From positions 1,798,001 through 1,862,000 of the forward strand of contig NW_026250403.1 in the NCBI RefSeq assembly GCF_024521635.1: a stretch of 64,000 bases of DNA, in the 5' to 3' direction. Position 1 is the stretch's first letter; each line of letters opens with the position of its first letter. The notes under the pieces were generated by a model. It was not told the DNA's origin and did not search any database. It saw only the letters and a program-made list of their open reading frames with translations. This stretch comes from Tricharina praecox. Its lineage: Eukaryota. Made by a program: the position numbers and the translations under genes. This document shows, piece by piece, positions 1 to 11,100 of this stretch.

Positions 1-29
1 GATTCTAAGATTCTGACTGCGCGGACAAG

Positions 30-2277
30 GTTGGTGCAACCCGTCAGCGCCGACGAGCTCAAAGTGGCAGAAGCAGTGTGTTATGTGTTCAAGCAGACAA
101 CCAATGTGTCAGCCTGGGAAGTTATCAGGAAAGTCAGTCAGCCTGTGAAGAACAGTATGTCTCCTACCAAGCACACCGCTAGTGGGACGAGCGCTTCGGC
201 AAACGAGAAATGCGATCAGGAGGTAGCACTGCTCACCGGAGGCAATCCATGGCCGTATAGCTTGGACAGCTACGCTCATCTATATTGCTTGGTTTGTTTC
301 ATGTGAGTATTCCCGAAAATTACCAGAAGCTGTTCCGCTGACTTGACCACCAGGCATGAGTGTCCATTACATAGTGAGCACCACCTTTCCAATTATTTAG
401 TCCTGAATACGGGCTTAAATTTCCACACCAAATCCAACCTGATTCCACAATCTACCTTTGCTCGCATCTCTTGACATCCTCTTCCTTTACACTTGAGAGC
501 GTGTCCTGTAATCGCTGTCATCTACAAGTACAAGTGGGATAGTTATTCTAACAGTAATCTAAGCGGTGGGCTCTGGTATTAGGGATCGCCTAGGAGCCTC
601 GCAAGAAGAAAAAGGCACAGGTAGTGATCAGGCGGAACCCAAAGAATACAAACTTTCCATGCATCTTCCCCAGTGGTCATACTCGAGCAAGCAGGCTAGC
701 AAAGATGCGTTTGCAGAAGGGGAGAATTGCTCGGCGGAATGTTTCACTATAGTGATTATTTGATTCCCCCCTCAAATGGTTTTATCCCTGCTGATAGTTG
801 CCTTAAAGGATGGTAGGTTGAAATCAGCCGTACTTGGCCGTTGGTCGAAAGCGCAGATGGAGCTCTTACGTACAACAGCTGGGGTTCTCAGGAACAATCC
901 CCGCTGTGCTTGCTTGTGCGCAGTCACCATCAACAAACCGTGTGCTGAGGTAAAATTTAACATCCCAAACGGCGTATAAATATGGAGATTGATCATTCCC
1001 CAGATTTACCTCCAGTTGAAGGCTGAAGATCTGTTGCCCGTTGATCTATCTGATGCTCTGCTAGGGGCCGCCAATCCTGCTGGCGACCAAGAAGCCGTCA
1101 AAGTTCTGAAGAGGAAGAAGACGCCTGTCGGCTACTTTCCCGGCTATCCCGCCGACATCGACAGGACTCATCTGCACGAAAGGCGAATGGAGGTGCGGCC
1201 GTGCCGTCACGAAGGCCCATGCGACAGTTCTTGCGAATGTGTCCGCTCTCGAGTTGCCTGCGAGAAAACCTGCGCATGTTCACCAAAATGTCCACGGAAA
1301 TGGCGCGGCTGTTCGTGCAAGCGTGCCGGCCGACCCTGTTCGGCGGAGAGTAAGTGCATCTGCCAGAGAGCCAACCGCGAATGCGATCCGGACTTGTGTG
1401 GTACCTGTGGCTCTTACGAGCTGTTGGATCCTTGCAACCGGAACAATGATTCCCTCGTCAGCGAAATGTGCCAGAACGTCCATCTGTTGCGGGAAGTCGG
1501 TAAGAAAACGATTCTGGGCCATTCGGTACTCGCGGGGATGGGCCTTTTCATGGGCGAAGACGTTGGCAAGAGCGAGTTTATCGGCGAATACAAGGGTGAG
1601 GTTGTTACGCAGGATGAGGCCGAGCGCCGTGGGAAGTTGTACGATAAGCGTGGTATCAGCTTTCTGTTCGACATCAACAAGTCACAGGCAATCGACGCGA
1701 CTCGTATGGGCAACAAGCTGCGATTCATCAACCACGCCAGGGAGCGCACGAACTGCGTCGCCAAGATTCGCATGGTAAACTGCGTATACAGAATTGGGTT
1801 CTGGGCCACAAAAAAAATCAAAGCCGGCGAAGAACTGTTCTTCGACTATGGGTAAGTCACCCACCTTCTCCGCTCTTGGAAATTGTGTTAACATCCCGCA
1901 GCTACGGGCGAGGGCACGCAGTGAAATTCGTCCAAATGGAGCCACCCTACATCCCGTGGAGCGACTCGGAAGGCGAAAATGAATCCGCCGCTGCTGTTGC
2001 TATGAAAGCCGAGGTCAAGCAGGTTAAAAGACGAGGGCCTCGCCGGCTTGAGTACCTCAAGGGAGGCAGGGGCACCACCGAGCGTACGAGAAAATCCGCA
2101 TTGCAGAAAACGGCAAGAAAAACGGCCCCTAAGGAGTCCTCTGGGGAGTCGTCAAATGACGACATGCCGCTGATGATTATGTCGACAAGAAAGAAAGCCC
2201 CCGCCATGCATATCCCACAGTCACCGCAGGAGGATGATGATGATGATGACGATGAGGATGACAATGACAATGATGGT

Positions 2278-2312
<35 letters not shown>

Positions 2313-2592
2313 GGATGAGGGCGATGGTGAGGATACGGACGAGGATGAGGATGAGAGTGAAGATGAGGATGAGGGTGATCAAGTTGAGGGAAAAGCCTAC
2401 CACGAAGCGGGAGCGGCGAGCGACCCCTCTTTGACCGAAGAAGAGGACGAGGAAGAAGACGAGGGCGCTATCTCAGCTCCACCTCTGAAGAAACTCCGGT
2501 GGTCGGGTGGCGGAGGTCCTTGGGGAAGTCGCCAATTCAATGTTGGAAGCAGGATTGGTCGTAATAAGTGTGCTAAAAAGAACGCATATTGA
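30..2592 (+). CDS. kmt6: Histone H3K27 methyltransferase, PRC2 catalytic subunit (EZH2/KMT6/SET-7-like); 5'-partial, multi-exon
   Basis: CXC pre-SET (PCRHEGPCDSSCECVRSRVACEKTCAC...RECDPDLC) followed by a SET domain (GMGLF, FIGEYKGE, RMGNKLRFINH, GEELFFDYG) in 989-1851. Upstream exons give CLVCFM|HECPLH. Last intron 1852-1901 (GTAAGT..CAG), then an acidic C-terminal exon ending at 2592. Intermediate exon borders were not resolved. Confidence 0.92.
2230..2378 (+). repeat. GAT/GAC/GAG trinucleotide tract encoding poly-Asp/Glu in the EZH2-like tail
   Basis: Direct reading: gatgatgatgatgacgatgag... Confidence 0.9.
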
Positions 2593-2869
2593 CAGCTTTC
2601 AGGTTGGGCGCAATATGGTTCGTTTGGCTTCGCTTTGTTGTATTAAGTACTGTTTCTCATTGCTGTTTCCCATTCATAATACCCAAATTATCATCAGATG
2701 TTTCTGCTTTCTGTCTCTACCGTGTTCTTTGTCTATGACTTATGTAATCAAACCTTCGCAGTTGAGTCTGGCCTATCATCCCGAGGTGTTGCCGTCGAAC
2801 GTCGGCATTTTGCGCCCGTCAGTCGTCGGCACGCACTGCAAAATGAAAATTGGCAAAAGATCAATTTAG

Positions 2870-2960
2870 CGACCACGATGCGACTCGAACGCACAATCTT
2901 TGGCGAACTTCTATTCCTGAGAACCGAAAACCAACGCCTTAGCCATTAGGCCACGCGGCC
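2870..2960 (-). tRNA. tRNA-Arg(TCG) with 18-nt intron, copy 1
   Basis: Reverse complement GGCCGCG TGGCCTAATGGCTAAGGCG TTGGT TT TCG G [TTCTCAGGAATAGAAGTT] C GCCAA AGATT GTGCG TTCGAGT CGCAT CGTGGTC G. 73 nt mature; A and B boxes present; T-run downstream. Confidence 0.95.
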
Positions 2961-3015
2961 GATTGATAAACATCATGTTCTTCCTTTCTCATGACCAGAT
3001 AGTCATGACCTTTCT

Positions 3016-3102
3016 GTAATGCTCACCAACTCACATTACAGAGCACCGAGCAGCCCATGGCCACATTTCGGTAATGCTCACCAAATCACATTACAGAGCA
3101 CC
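3016..3102. repeat. 32-bp direct repeat (3016-3047, 3071-3102) covering the CIA30 stop region
   Basis: gtaatgctcaccaa(c/a)tcacattacagagcacc occurs twice with one mismatch. Confidence 0.85.
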
Positions 3103-3797
3103 ATCCTGCTCCCTCTCCCCCTCCCTCTCCCTTCCACTCTCCTGGCTTCACAAGCCCCACCTCCACGATTTCCAGCCTATACCCCCCCTCCTGCTTCTCA
3201 TCCCCAAAGAAGCTACGCACCATGAAACTCAGCCTCTCGACCTTCCCCAAATCCAAGCGCGGCGCATCCGGGCCCTCCATCTCCCTTCCGCGGTAAAAAG
3301 GCTTGAACTCGGCGAAATTCGCCGCTACCGTAGAGGAGGGAGCGGGCGTGAAGTTGTATTCAAAGGATACGGTCGAAGTCTCCATACCCTCGGGTCGGCG
3401 CCCGTTGGGTCCGCGGGGCGCGGGGTCAACGGGAGGGAGGACGTTCTTGAGGACTAGAGTGTAGGTTTTCTCCTCCTTGGTGGCTATATATGTAATTACG
3501 CGCCGTCAGCGAGCGCGCCCAAACAAAGCTCACGAACGCGCGTGTGGATAACTACGCACCTCCGATTTTCACCGCGAGCCCCTCGTACCCACGCCAATCC
3601 CAGTTCTGCTCGCCAACGGTACGCACACTCGCGAACCCCGCGCCGCCAAGCGTCTTTGAGTCCAGGGTCCCGGCGAAGATTGCGGTGCCGGTCGGTGAGA
3701 CCGTCAGTGAACTCGTCGAGGATCCGCCGCGGAGACTGTCGTTCTGTGGCGTCCAGGCGGCCGCCAGCCAGGGGGGGAAGAGTAAGTGGGGTCTCAT
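3086..3797 (-). CDS. CIA30/NDUFAF1-family (complex I intermediate-associated) protein; intron 3484-3559
   Basis: WTPQNDSLRGGSSTS..GTLDSKTLGGAGFASVR and FAEFKPFYRGRE..LSFMVRSFFGDEKQEG.Y.LEI match the fungal CIA30 family; the GT-AG intron restores the frame. Confidence 0.88.
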
Positions 3798-4620
3798 TTT
3801 GGTAACTGTATGTAGTGGAGGCGAGGTTCCTGCGGAATGACGTGAATATGTACATGTAAGTGGTGGGGTGTTATCTAGTGGTGCCAAGGAAGCCTTTATC
3901 GGCCACGCGGGGACTGGGATGCTGCGGTCACGAATCTCACTCGTCTGTGGCCAGTCTAGATAGAACAACTCTCAATCCAGCGGTACTCGACACTGCTCCG
4001 AAGCAGTGCTAGAATACCCGAGGAGGATGGACGTGTGCCACAAGGTCCCCGTGGAAGACGCCGCTGAAGAAGGGAGTCAAGCTTCCGGAGCCGAACTGGC
4101 GTGTCCGAAGGGGTTCTGTGTATGCCGACTGTGTGCTGAGGGGACAAGGAAGCCGTGGCCACGGTCATTTTTTTCATTTTCTCTTTGATTCCGAATGCAG
4201 CGGCGCAGCAGCGGACCGTACGGCAACAGAGCTTCCTCTCTGTCCTCCGCACTGCGCAGAGCTGGCAGCAAAGGACGGGTAAGAGGTTCGCCATAGTCTA
4301 GACAGGCCGTATATATGCGACAATAAGTTGCTGCTCTCTCTCTTGGTGTTCGACGCAAACCATGAACGTACGCGAACGAAACTGAAAATAGAATAAAATA
4401 GACCATAGGAAGAAAGCCAACTTGCTCGTATAGAAAAGAAAAAATAGAAACAAAATAGAATAGAATTATCCTTCAGGACCAACAAACAATTTACCCATTC
4501 TCCAGGTCACTCGCACGTCACATCAGCCCAGAACTGCGGAAATCTATAGAAACGGAACAAAAAGAAAACTCAAGAATAAAGACCAACCGATCCTCGGGTT
4601 CCCAGCAAGGACAAGGTCGG

Positions 4621-5271
4621 CTAACGCCAGTTCCTCTTCCTCGATTCAATCATTCGTTGCCTGTGGACGCCAGAGTGCGCAGGGCGCCCTGTAGCCAGTT
4701 GGCGCCAGTCGATTAGGTTGCAATAGGTGCCTGGACCGTGGTTCTGAAGACAAGTCTTCAATCGCAACTATTTTTAACAATGGGTGCGGAGAAAGTACGG
4801 ACGGGATTGACTGACCCAAAAATTCAAACACTTTACCCAACAACCACAGACCGGGCAAAATGGATTGGGAATCTTCATCTGTTTAAAGAATGGTTCATCT
4901 AGCATTCCTGGGATAGGCTGCACTTCAATACGGTCTCCAGGCAGTTCAGGCGCTGCAAGCGGTCCTGGTAGAACTACTGGTGGGATTTGGTTGGCATCCT
5001 TCTTTTTTTTTTTAATCGGCTCCTCATCCGACCCCTTCTCCTCCGAGATATAGGCACCCTTCCTCCTTTTCTTTTTTATCGGCTCCTCATCCGACTCCGA
5101 AATATAGGCACCCTTCTTCTTCTTTTTTATCGGCTCCTCATCCGACTCCTCCACCTCCTCCTGCGATTCCCTCTCCTCCTCCTCCTTCTCATACCCATTC
5201 TCCGGCTCCGGTGATGGCCCCTTCTTCCTCCTCGAGGGAGCGCCAGCCCTAGAGGGAGTGGTTGGTTTCAT
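4621..5271 (-). CDS. Hypothetical protein with Lys/Glu repeats and a Cys/His-rich C-terminus; putative intron 4768-4815
   Basis: ATG at 5271; repeats EEPIKKKK.KGAYISE; GTCAGT..TAG intron joins CPVCGCWVKCLNFW to LRLKTCLQNHGPGTYCNLIDW...RNWR*. Confidence 0.5.
4996..5150. repeat. Three imperfect tandem copies of a ~50-60 bp unit (ttttatcggctcctcatccgac core)
   Basis: Core atcggctcctcatccgac seen three times. Confidence 0.85.
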
Positions 5272-5467
5272 CGTAGTTGTGGATTGTGGTTTTGCTGTAG
5301 GTATATAAAAAAAATAGGAAAAATAGAAAAAATAGGAAAGGTATGGATCAGACCAGCTAATGTGGGATTATGTATCGACCGACGGATGGATGGATGCTTG
5401 TGAAAGAAGGAGATTTTTGGGTATCCGGAAGGCCCACCGGTGAGATCCGGTAGTTATATAATGGGGA

Positions 5468-6073
5468 TCACTCGAGTTGGGTAGGACTCGACGGGTGAGT
5501 GCGAGTATGGCGAGCGAGCGTTCGTGCACCACCGCCACCAAACGAGGTCAAGTTGCTTTTTTTTTGGATAAAGCTTGTATGCCGTACATACTTGGGACAG
5601 GTTTCGCAGTTTCGAACAAAGGATTTCAACTCGGCCTGGTGTATCTTTCCGTTGCACGGCTTTGTTCTGCTGGCTTCCAGGCCGGTGGTCCGAGAACAAA
5701 GAGCTTCGAGATTCGAACCAGCAGTCAAGTCTCCCTCTCGGATTTGGCTGGTGCTGGCCAGCGGCGGGCCATTCACTGCATGGTCCACCGTATTCGAGAT
5801 ATTCTCCCGGAAACAACCATATGTAGTCCTCCCGATACGAGTATCCAGGTCCCGAGCAAGGACGTCGGTTTTCTGTGCAGCCGCTTTCACAGTCAGTGGA
5901 TCCCCAAACAACATACTACCAAACGAAGACTTCCTACCTAGAATACCTAACTGTGAGCACTCACCAGTAGCCCCGTCTCCTGTCTCCCGTCCGGCCAGCA
6001 CTTCGGTGCCAGCGTCAGCGTCAACGGCAGCGGAGTGCCACAGCCCGTCAACTCGAAGACTGGCTGGCGGCCG
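5468..6073 (-). CDS. Possible exon or degenerate ORF of unknown function
   Basis: Frame open from a CAG acceptor at about 6074 to 5468; contains ELKSFVRNCETC; no start codon or family identified. Confidence 0.25.
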   Translation of the reverse strand, partial: RPPASLRVDGLWHSAAVDADAGTEVLAGRETGDGATGECSQLGILGRKSSFGSMLFGDPLTVKAAAQKTDVLARDLDTRIGRTTYGCFRENISNTVDHAVNGPPLASTSQIREGDLTAGSNLEALCSRTTGLEASRTKPCNGKIHQAELKSFVRNCETCPKYVRHTSFIQKKSNLTSFGGGGARTLARHTRTHPSSPTQLE

Positions 6074-6625
6074 CTGACATCAATCGAGCACGGATGGGTA
6101 ACGAGCGTCTCATCCCAAGTCTGAAACGATCACTAATTCGAGCTGAGCAGCATTTCAAAGACGGACAGAAAGTACACCACGACTACCGGACTCCAGGCTG
6201 GCTGTCAAGTTGCGACAATTGATAAGATTGCTTGCGAGTTGAAAGTTGCGAGTTGTAAGTTGCGAGCTGACCCCCTGGTGTTGCGAAGGGGAATCTCGGC
6301 TTGAATCTTGGAATAGAGCAGTGTAGCTGGCTTCTTTCGAGTGATTCTGATGCCACATAGGTGATTCGAAACCAAACCTTTCGTCAAAGAGCCGGACAGT
6401 GGTAGTGGTATCGAGTCGATGGTACGCATCTAGTTGAAAAGAGCGTGGCCCGGGCGACTTGACTCGCTGGATAGAAGCGTGTTGATCGTTGGTGAGAGAT
6501 GAGGGTTGATGCAACCACAAGTAATGTAGGAAGTGCGTGGGAAGTGTGTAGGAAGGATGTGCTAATACACAAGCAAAAGGAACCGCGTGTCCAACCAGAC
6601 AGCAGAGAAAAAGTAAAAATATAAT

Positions 6626-6716
6626 CGACCACGATGCGACTCGAACGCACAATCTTTGGCGAACTTCTATTCCTGAGAACCGAAAACCAACGCCTTAGCC
6701 ATTAGGCCACGCGGCC
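6626..6716 (-). tRNA. tRNA-Arg(TCG) with 18-nt intron, copy 2 (identical to copy 1)
   Basis: 91-nt sequence identical to 2870-2960 including the intron; T-rich terminator follows. Confidence 0.95.
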
Positions 6717-6925
6717 CGATTATGCTGTTCTATCTTTCTGTACTATAATGAGCTAATTTTTGGCAGGATATCTCACATGCCCCACCATGCCCACCAACGT
6801 TGATGCCACTACCAAACACATATCATTCGTTTACTCCCGCCGACAGCACTTGCTTCACTCCCTCATCTCGCCGACAGCTCCTCCGTCACAACAGTGTGCA
6901 ATCTGCGGCGAGGCAGACCTGATAC

Positions 6926-7010
6926 TGTAGGAATGCATATGTAGGAAGGCATCTGTAGGAAGGCATATGTAGGAAGACATCTGTAGGAAGGCATATGTTG
7001 GAAGGCATAG
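6926..7010. repeat. 14-bp minisatellite (tgtaggaaggcat[a/c]), about 6 copies, just downstream of the AlkB gene
   Basis: Direct reading. Confidence 0.85.
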
Positions 7011-7057
7011 GAGAATAAGCTGTACTGGCTGTAGGAAGACCAGGTGCGAAAGGTTTA

Positions 7058-8392
7058 CTAATCTGACTTGACTCCTTTGTTCCGCACTGGCTCCCCATCC
7101 TCATCAAATTGCGCCCACTCAAAGAAGCCGCAACCTTTGCCATCACCCGTGTCTGCACGGTACGGCGCCGCACAGTTCCAGAAGTAGCGGCGGGGAGCGT
7201 CCGCATCTGTAGGGTCGGGCGAAAACACTGCGCGTAGGGTCATCGGAAGATTACATTTACCTATGATCGCCACGGTATCAGCTAAATATGTAACCTGCCA
7301 GCAGAGTGGGGAATAGGGAGGCAAACATCTTGGCGTCAACTCGGGTTTTAAGCTCCGCCGATAGCATCGATACGTGATATTGATCCTGACATCCGCCGAG
7401 ACCGGATGTAGATCTATCGCCCTCACGGGATGCACACAATGCTTCCACGCCTCCTGCATACCCGCATGCATGATAACGAGACTATTATGCGGCAGATGAA
7501 CCGCATATGCGCCCTCACCCGGATCTTCTTCGTCATCTTTCGAAGCCCTCCGAACGCGGAACTCCCGCTCCACACCCAAACTCAGCCCAGCTATCACCGC
7601 CATGGGACCGAGATACGTGACCTCGTCTGTGTGCCATCCAACCGCTTGTTTCGCGCCCTGGTAGCGGTTCACCAGTGCCGCGTTGGTGCTCCACGGAATG
7701 GGACTGAGACCCCACGGCTTCTTCTGGCCCTCGTAGCGCGCCGTGATTGCTGCGTTCACCGCATCCTCAACTAGTTTGGTGGCGGTGCGCATGGACGGTG
7801 TGTACGCTCTTGCCATGAGCGGCCGAGATTGGTAGGAATGGTACTGCTCTGTGTCTTCGGCGGGATTGCGAAGGAAGAAACCGCTGGTGTGCGGGCTGGT
7901 GACTTCGCGGTCGAAGAGCCGGAAGGATAATGGCGGTGGGAAGGTGTTGGATTCTTCAAGGAGCTCGCGGAGGAGAGAAATTGCCAGGGATGGTGGGAGG
8001 AACGATTGGATGAGTTCGACAGGACATGGCGCGTAGGCAATGGACGCGGGAGTATATAGATGCAGTGTCTCGCCTTTCTTGGGCGGGCGGACGGGTTTGG
8101 GTGCTACGTTACTGGTAGGCTGGCGGAGAAAACATGAGAGAGAGGATTGCTGGCGGGCTTGTTTGGTGGGTCGCCTGGGAGGCGAATCGGAAAGAAGCAA
8201 CGATGCGGTATGGACGGAGCCATTGCTGGCGAGGAGTGTCTCCAACAGTGTGGTTAGCGAGACGGTGGGGTGGAGGGATAATAGGAGAGCGAGTTTGGTA
8301 TCGGTGCTTTCTTCACTGTCTTCAGCATCGGCAGGCAGAAGTGGGGATGAGAGCCGCCGTTTCTTCGTGGGCGGTGGTGATGGATCTGCCAT
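7058..8392 (-). CDS. AlkB-family 2OG-Fe(II) oxygenase with N-terminal CUE-like region and C-terminal GRF zinc finger; in-frame intron 7261-7326
   Basis: NAALVNRY..VGWHTDE (HxD), IAGLSLG, LPHNSLVIM..MQEAWKHCV, RINITYR; after splicing RCKC..M.LR..RYFWNC..KGCGFFEW (GRF-type). Confidence 0.9.
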   Translation of the reverse strand: MADPSPPPTKKRRLSSPLLPADAEDSEESTDTKLALLLSLHPTVSLTTLLETLLASNGSVHTASLLLSDSPPRRPTKQARQQSSLSCFLRQPTSNVAPKPVRPPKKGETLHLYTPASIAYAPCPVELIQSFLPPSLAISLLRELLEESNTFPPPLSFRLFDREVTSPHTSGFFLRNPAEDTEQYHSYQSRPLMARAYTPSMRTATKLVEDAVNAAITARYEGQKKPWGLSPIPWSTNAALVNRYQGAKQAVGWHTDEVTYLGPMAVIAGLSLGVEREFRVRRASKDDEEDPGEGAYAVHLPHNSLVIMHAGMQEAWKHCVHPVRAIDLHPVSADVRINITYRCYRRSLKPELTPRCLPPYSPLCWQVTYLADTVAIIGKCNLPMTLRAVFSPDPTDADAPRRYFWNCAAPYRADTGDGKGCGFFEWAQFDEDGEPVRNKGVKSD

Positions 8393-8846
8393 TATGATTG
8401 TTGGTGGGTGGTGTTGCGGGGATTCCGGGGACTCGGGGAGACGTGTAAAGTAATATATACTGGCACGCGTAAATTAGGAGCAAGATTGGCTTGGCTTAGC
8501 TAACATGTGATGCCAAGAACCCCCGCAATACTCAGGGACCAGTTTCGTCCGAAGTTTTAGTCCATCCAAAGAGAAAGGACCGTCTCTTCGACTGGACGAC
8601 CATTAGCAAGACTGACCAACCCGAGTCGAGCTGAGTCGGTCCGAAATATCTCTATGACCGAATATTCGATTCAAAAGATCATGGCACACATCCTTACTGC
8701 CTTTTCGTACGTCTGCCCTGCATCGTTAAAAGCCAATCCGCGAGCGCCCATCCGCTGAAACCAAATGTCCGGATATATTCTTTCTGCCTGAAAAACAACA
8801 GATAAACGCCACTAAAACGCCGCACCCACAAAGAATCTACCGCCAG

Positions 8847-9910
8847 TTACCGACTCCCGATCGTCCCGCCCACGTCCCACACCCATACGGTCTCATCCCA
8901 TCCGGTACTCGCAGCCCAACCCTCCCCACCAAAGAGACACCAATCCACGCCGGCCACAAACTCGGTATGCCGATCCATCACCCCCATCATCTTCCCAGCA
9001 CCAGTTGGCGCCGCCATTCCGCCGACCCCACCGTCCGCCGACCCATCCGACCAAACGCGGACACTCATATCATAGCTGCCACTGAGCAGGACATCCTGCC
9101 AATGCGGGCTCCACGCCACTCTCCTGACAGCATACTCATGGCCCGCCAGCTGCGTCTGCACCTGCCCGGGCATCTTCAGATCCCAGATGCGGATGGTGCG
9201 GTCCACGCCCGCAGTGGCCAGGACGGACGGGCGGTACTTGTTCCAATCCTGCGTGAGCACCTCGCCCGGCGACACCCGCGTCTTTGCGATTTCCGCGGAG
9301 GGCTCGGGCGCGCGCAGGTCAAACACGCGCATGAAACCGTCGCTCGAGACCGCGCTCAGCACTGTCGGCGAGCTCGGCTGGAAGGCAACGCTGTATGTGC
9401 AGCTGCCGATGTAGATTGTTCGCAGACTCGTCGGCGCCATGGGGTTCCAGATCTTGATGTTGCCATCCCAGCTGCTGGACGCGAAGGTGTTCTTGTCCAC
9501 GAGGTTCCACGAGAGTGAGAAGACTTCGCGCGTGTGTTCGCGCCATTGCTGCACGGGGAAGTCGTTTAGAGTCGCGTCGTAGAGCTTTATGCTGCCGTCG
9601 CCTGAGGCTACGGCGAGCTGGTTGCTGTTGGATTCGCTGAAGGCGACGTCGAAGAGGGAGTCTTGCGTGTCATACCTTTCATCATCGCGAGGCTTTTAGC
9701 ATGGAAGCTCGGAAGGTGGAGTACGAACGCGGGGGAGAGGGCAAACCATTTTTCAGCAACGATTCCTTGTGGCGTGAGTGCAAGGATGTAGAGACGGCCG
9801 TTCCCCACAAGTCCAAAGTTCGCCGACGCGGCGCAGGCGATGCGAGAGTCGAAGAAGGGCGAGTACTTGACGGCGTAGCCGTTGTAGCCCGTGGTGCGGA
9901 AGCTGAGCAT
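8847..9910 (-). CDS. PEX7: Peroxisomal targeting signal 2 receptor (WD40); intron 9676-9746
   Basis: MLSFRTTGYNGYAVKYSPFFDSRIACAASANFGLVGNGRLYIL, DWNKY, GHEYAVRRVAWSPH, HTEFVAGVDWCLFG. Confidence 0.96.
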
Positions 9911-11100
9911 CGAGAGGACGGCGAGCGGGATTTCGGATTAGAGGTTCGGTGTAAGGAGCATCGCTGCTAGGGGTGCTGCACGTTCGGTGGTGGTGGTGAT
10001 GGTACCTCACATGGGTTGCCGAGGCCGAGGGTATGCGTCCTCCCCCGCAATGTCGCACAGTGCTTGCCGCTATACAGTTACGGGTGGCGATGATGCATGT
10101 GCCGACGACGCTAAATTAACGGTCTGTAAATCACTCGTGCCCATTCGATGTAAACAAGATATTCTCATCCTCTCGCGCAGGAGTTCTTAGGCAATATCGA
10201 CTTCGGCATGTATCACATATGCCCAGGAGAGAGACCATTACCTTTCAAAGTAAAGGAAGGAATCCCTCGTATGCCCAACTTGCCGGATTCTGGGCGGAGA
10301 GGTGGAATGAAGTTAGGAAAGAAAGCGTACATAGCACCTGCTACCGATGAATGGAAAAGGTGGTTACAGTTATTGTGGGCTGAATAGAGGGTTAGAGGGG
10401 ATTTTTTGGGAGATAATCTACGGGTCATATTGCCCGACCAATCGCCATTCATGGGAAATCACTGGCTCAATGTGGCCGACCAACCAACGATCAGGCTGAA
10501 TGAATCCTTCTTCACCGAGGGGAAGATGGTTCCAAGCATGCCGACGAAAGAGCCAATGAGCATGCGCAAGCACCACCCGTACGGACCACGGAAGAAACTG
10601 CGAGCAGATCCAACGCCGGCGATAGAAGTTAGCAAAGCGGTGGCCTCGCGCACGCCATCTTCATCACGAACTGACAAGGCCTAAACCGTGAAATCAACTA
10701 CAATTCAAGTGATCTCCTCCCAACCACGCCTCCACTCTCCACTCACAGAAGATATCCGCAGACGGTCAAAGCAAATCGACAAGCGCCCCAATGCAATCCC
10801 AACAAAGTGAATGACAAAAGGAGAAAAGGAAGAAAAAAAAAGAAATCTCAAGTGACCAGACGCCATGCCATGCACCCTCTAGATATCATTCAGTTCCCAG
10901 CCTTCTGGTCCTCGTCCGCCTTTTCGTCCTCCTCGTCCATCGGTTCGGGTATGTAAAGTATCACAGCGCAAATCATCAAATAGGGTGGCCACCCAAGAAA
11001 AAAACATTGCTTGTATCCTCCTCCATTAGTCGCCTCCGTCGAACTTGGCTATCTATGTATGTACTAATAGCATGAGAACTGCCACTCTTCTATGCCATAT

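Noticed and set aside
7430-9970. Plus-strand ORFs overlapping AlkB and PEX7 (likewise antisense ORFs over uaY, vWA, GST and the 58-62 kb gene)
   Set aside because: Antisense shadows of GC-rich coding sequence.
10406-10684. Short plus-strand ORF between PEX7 and the coiled-coil gene
   Set aside because: No recognisable domain or confident gene structure.
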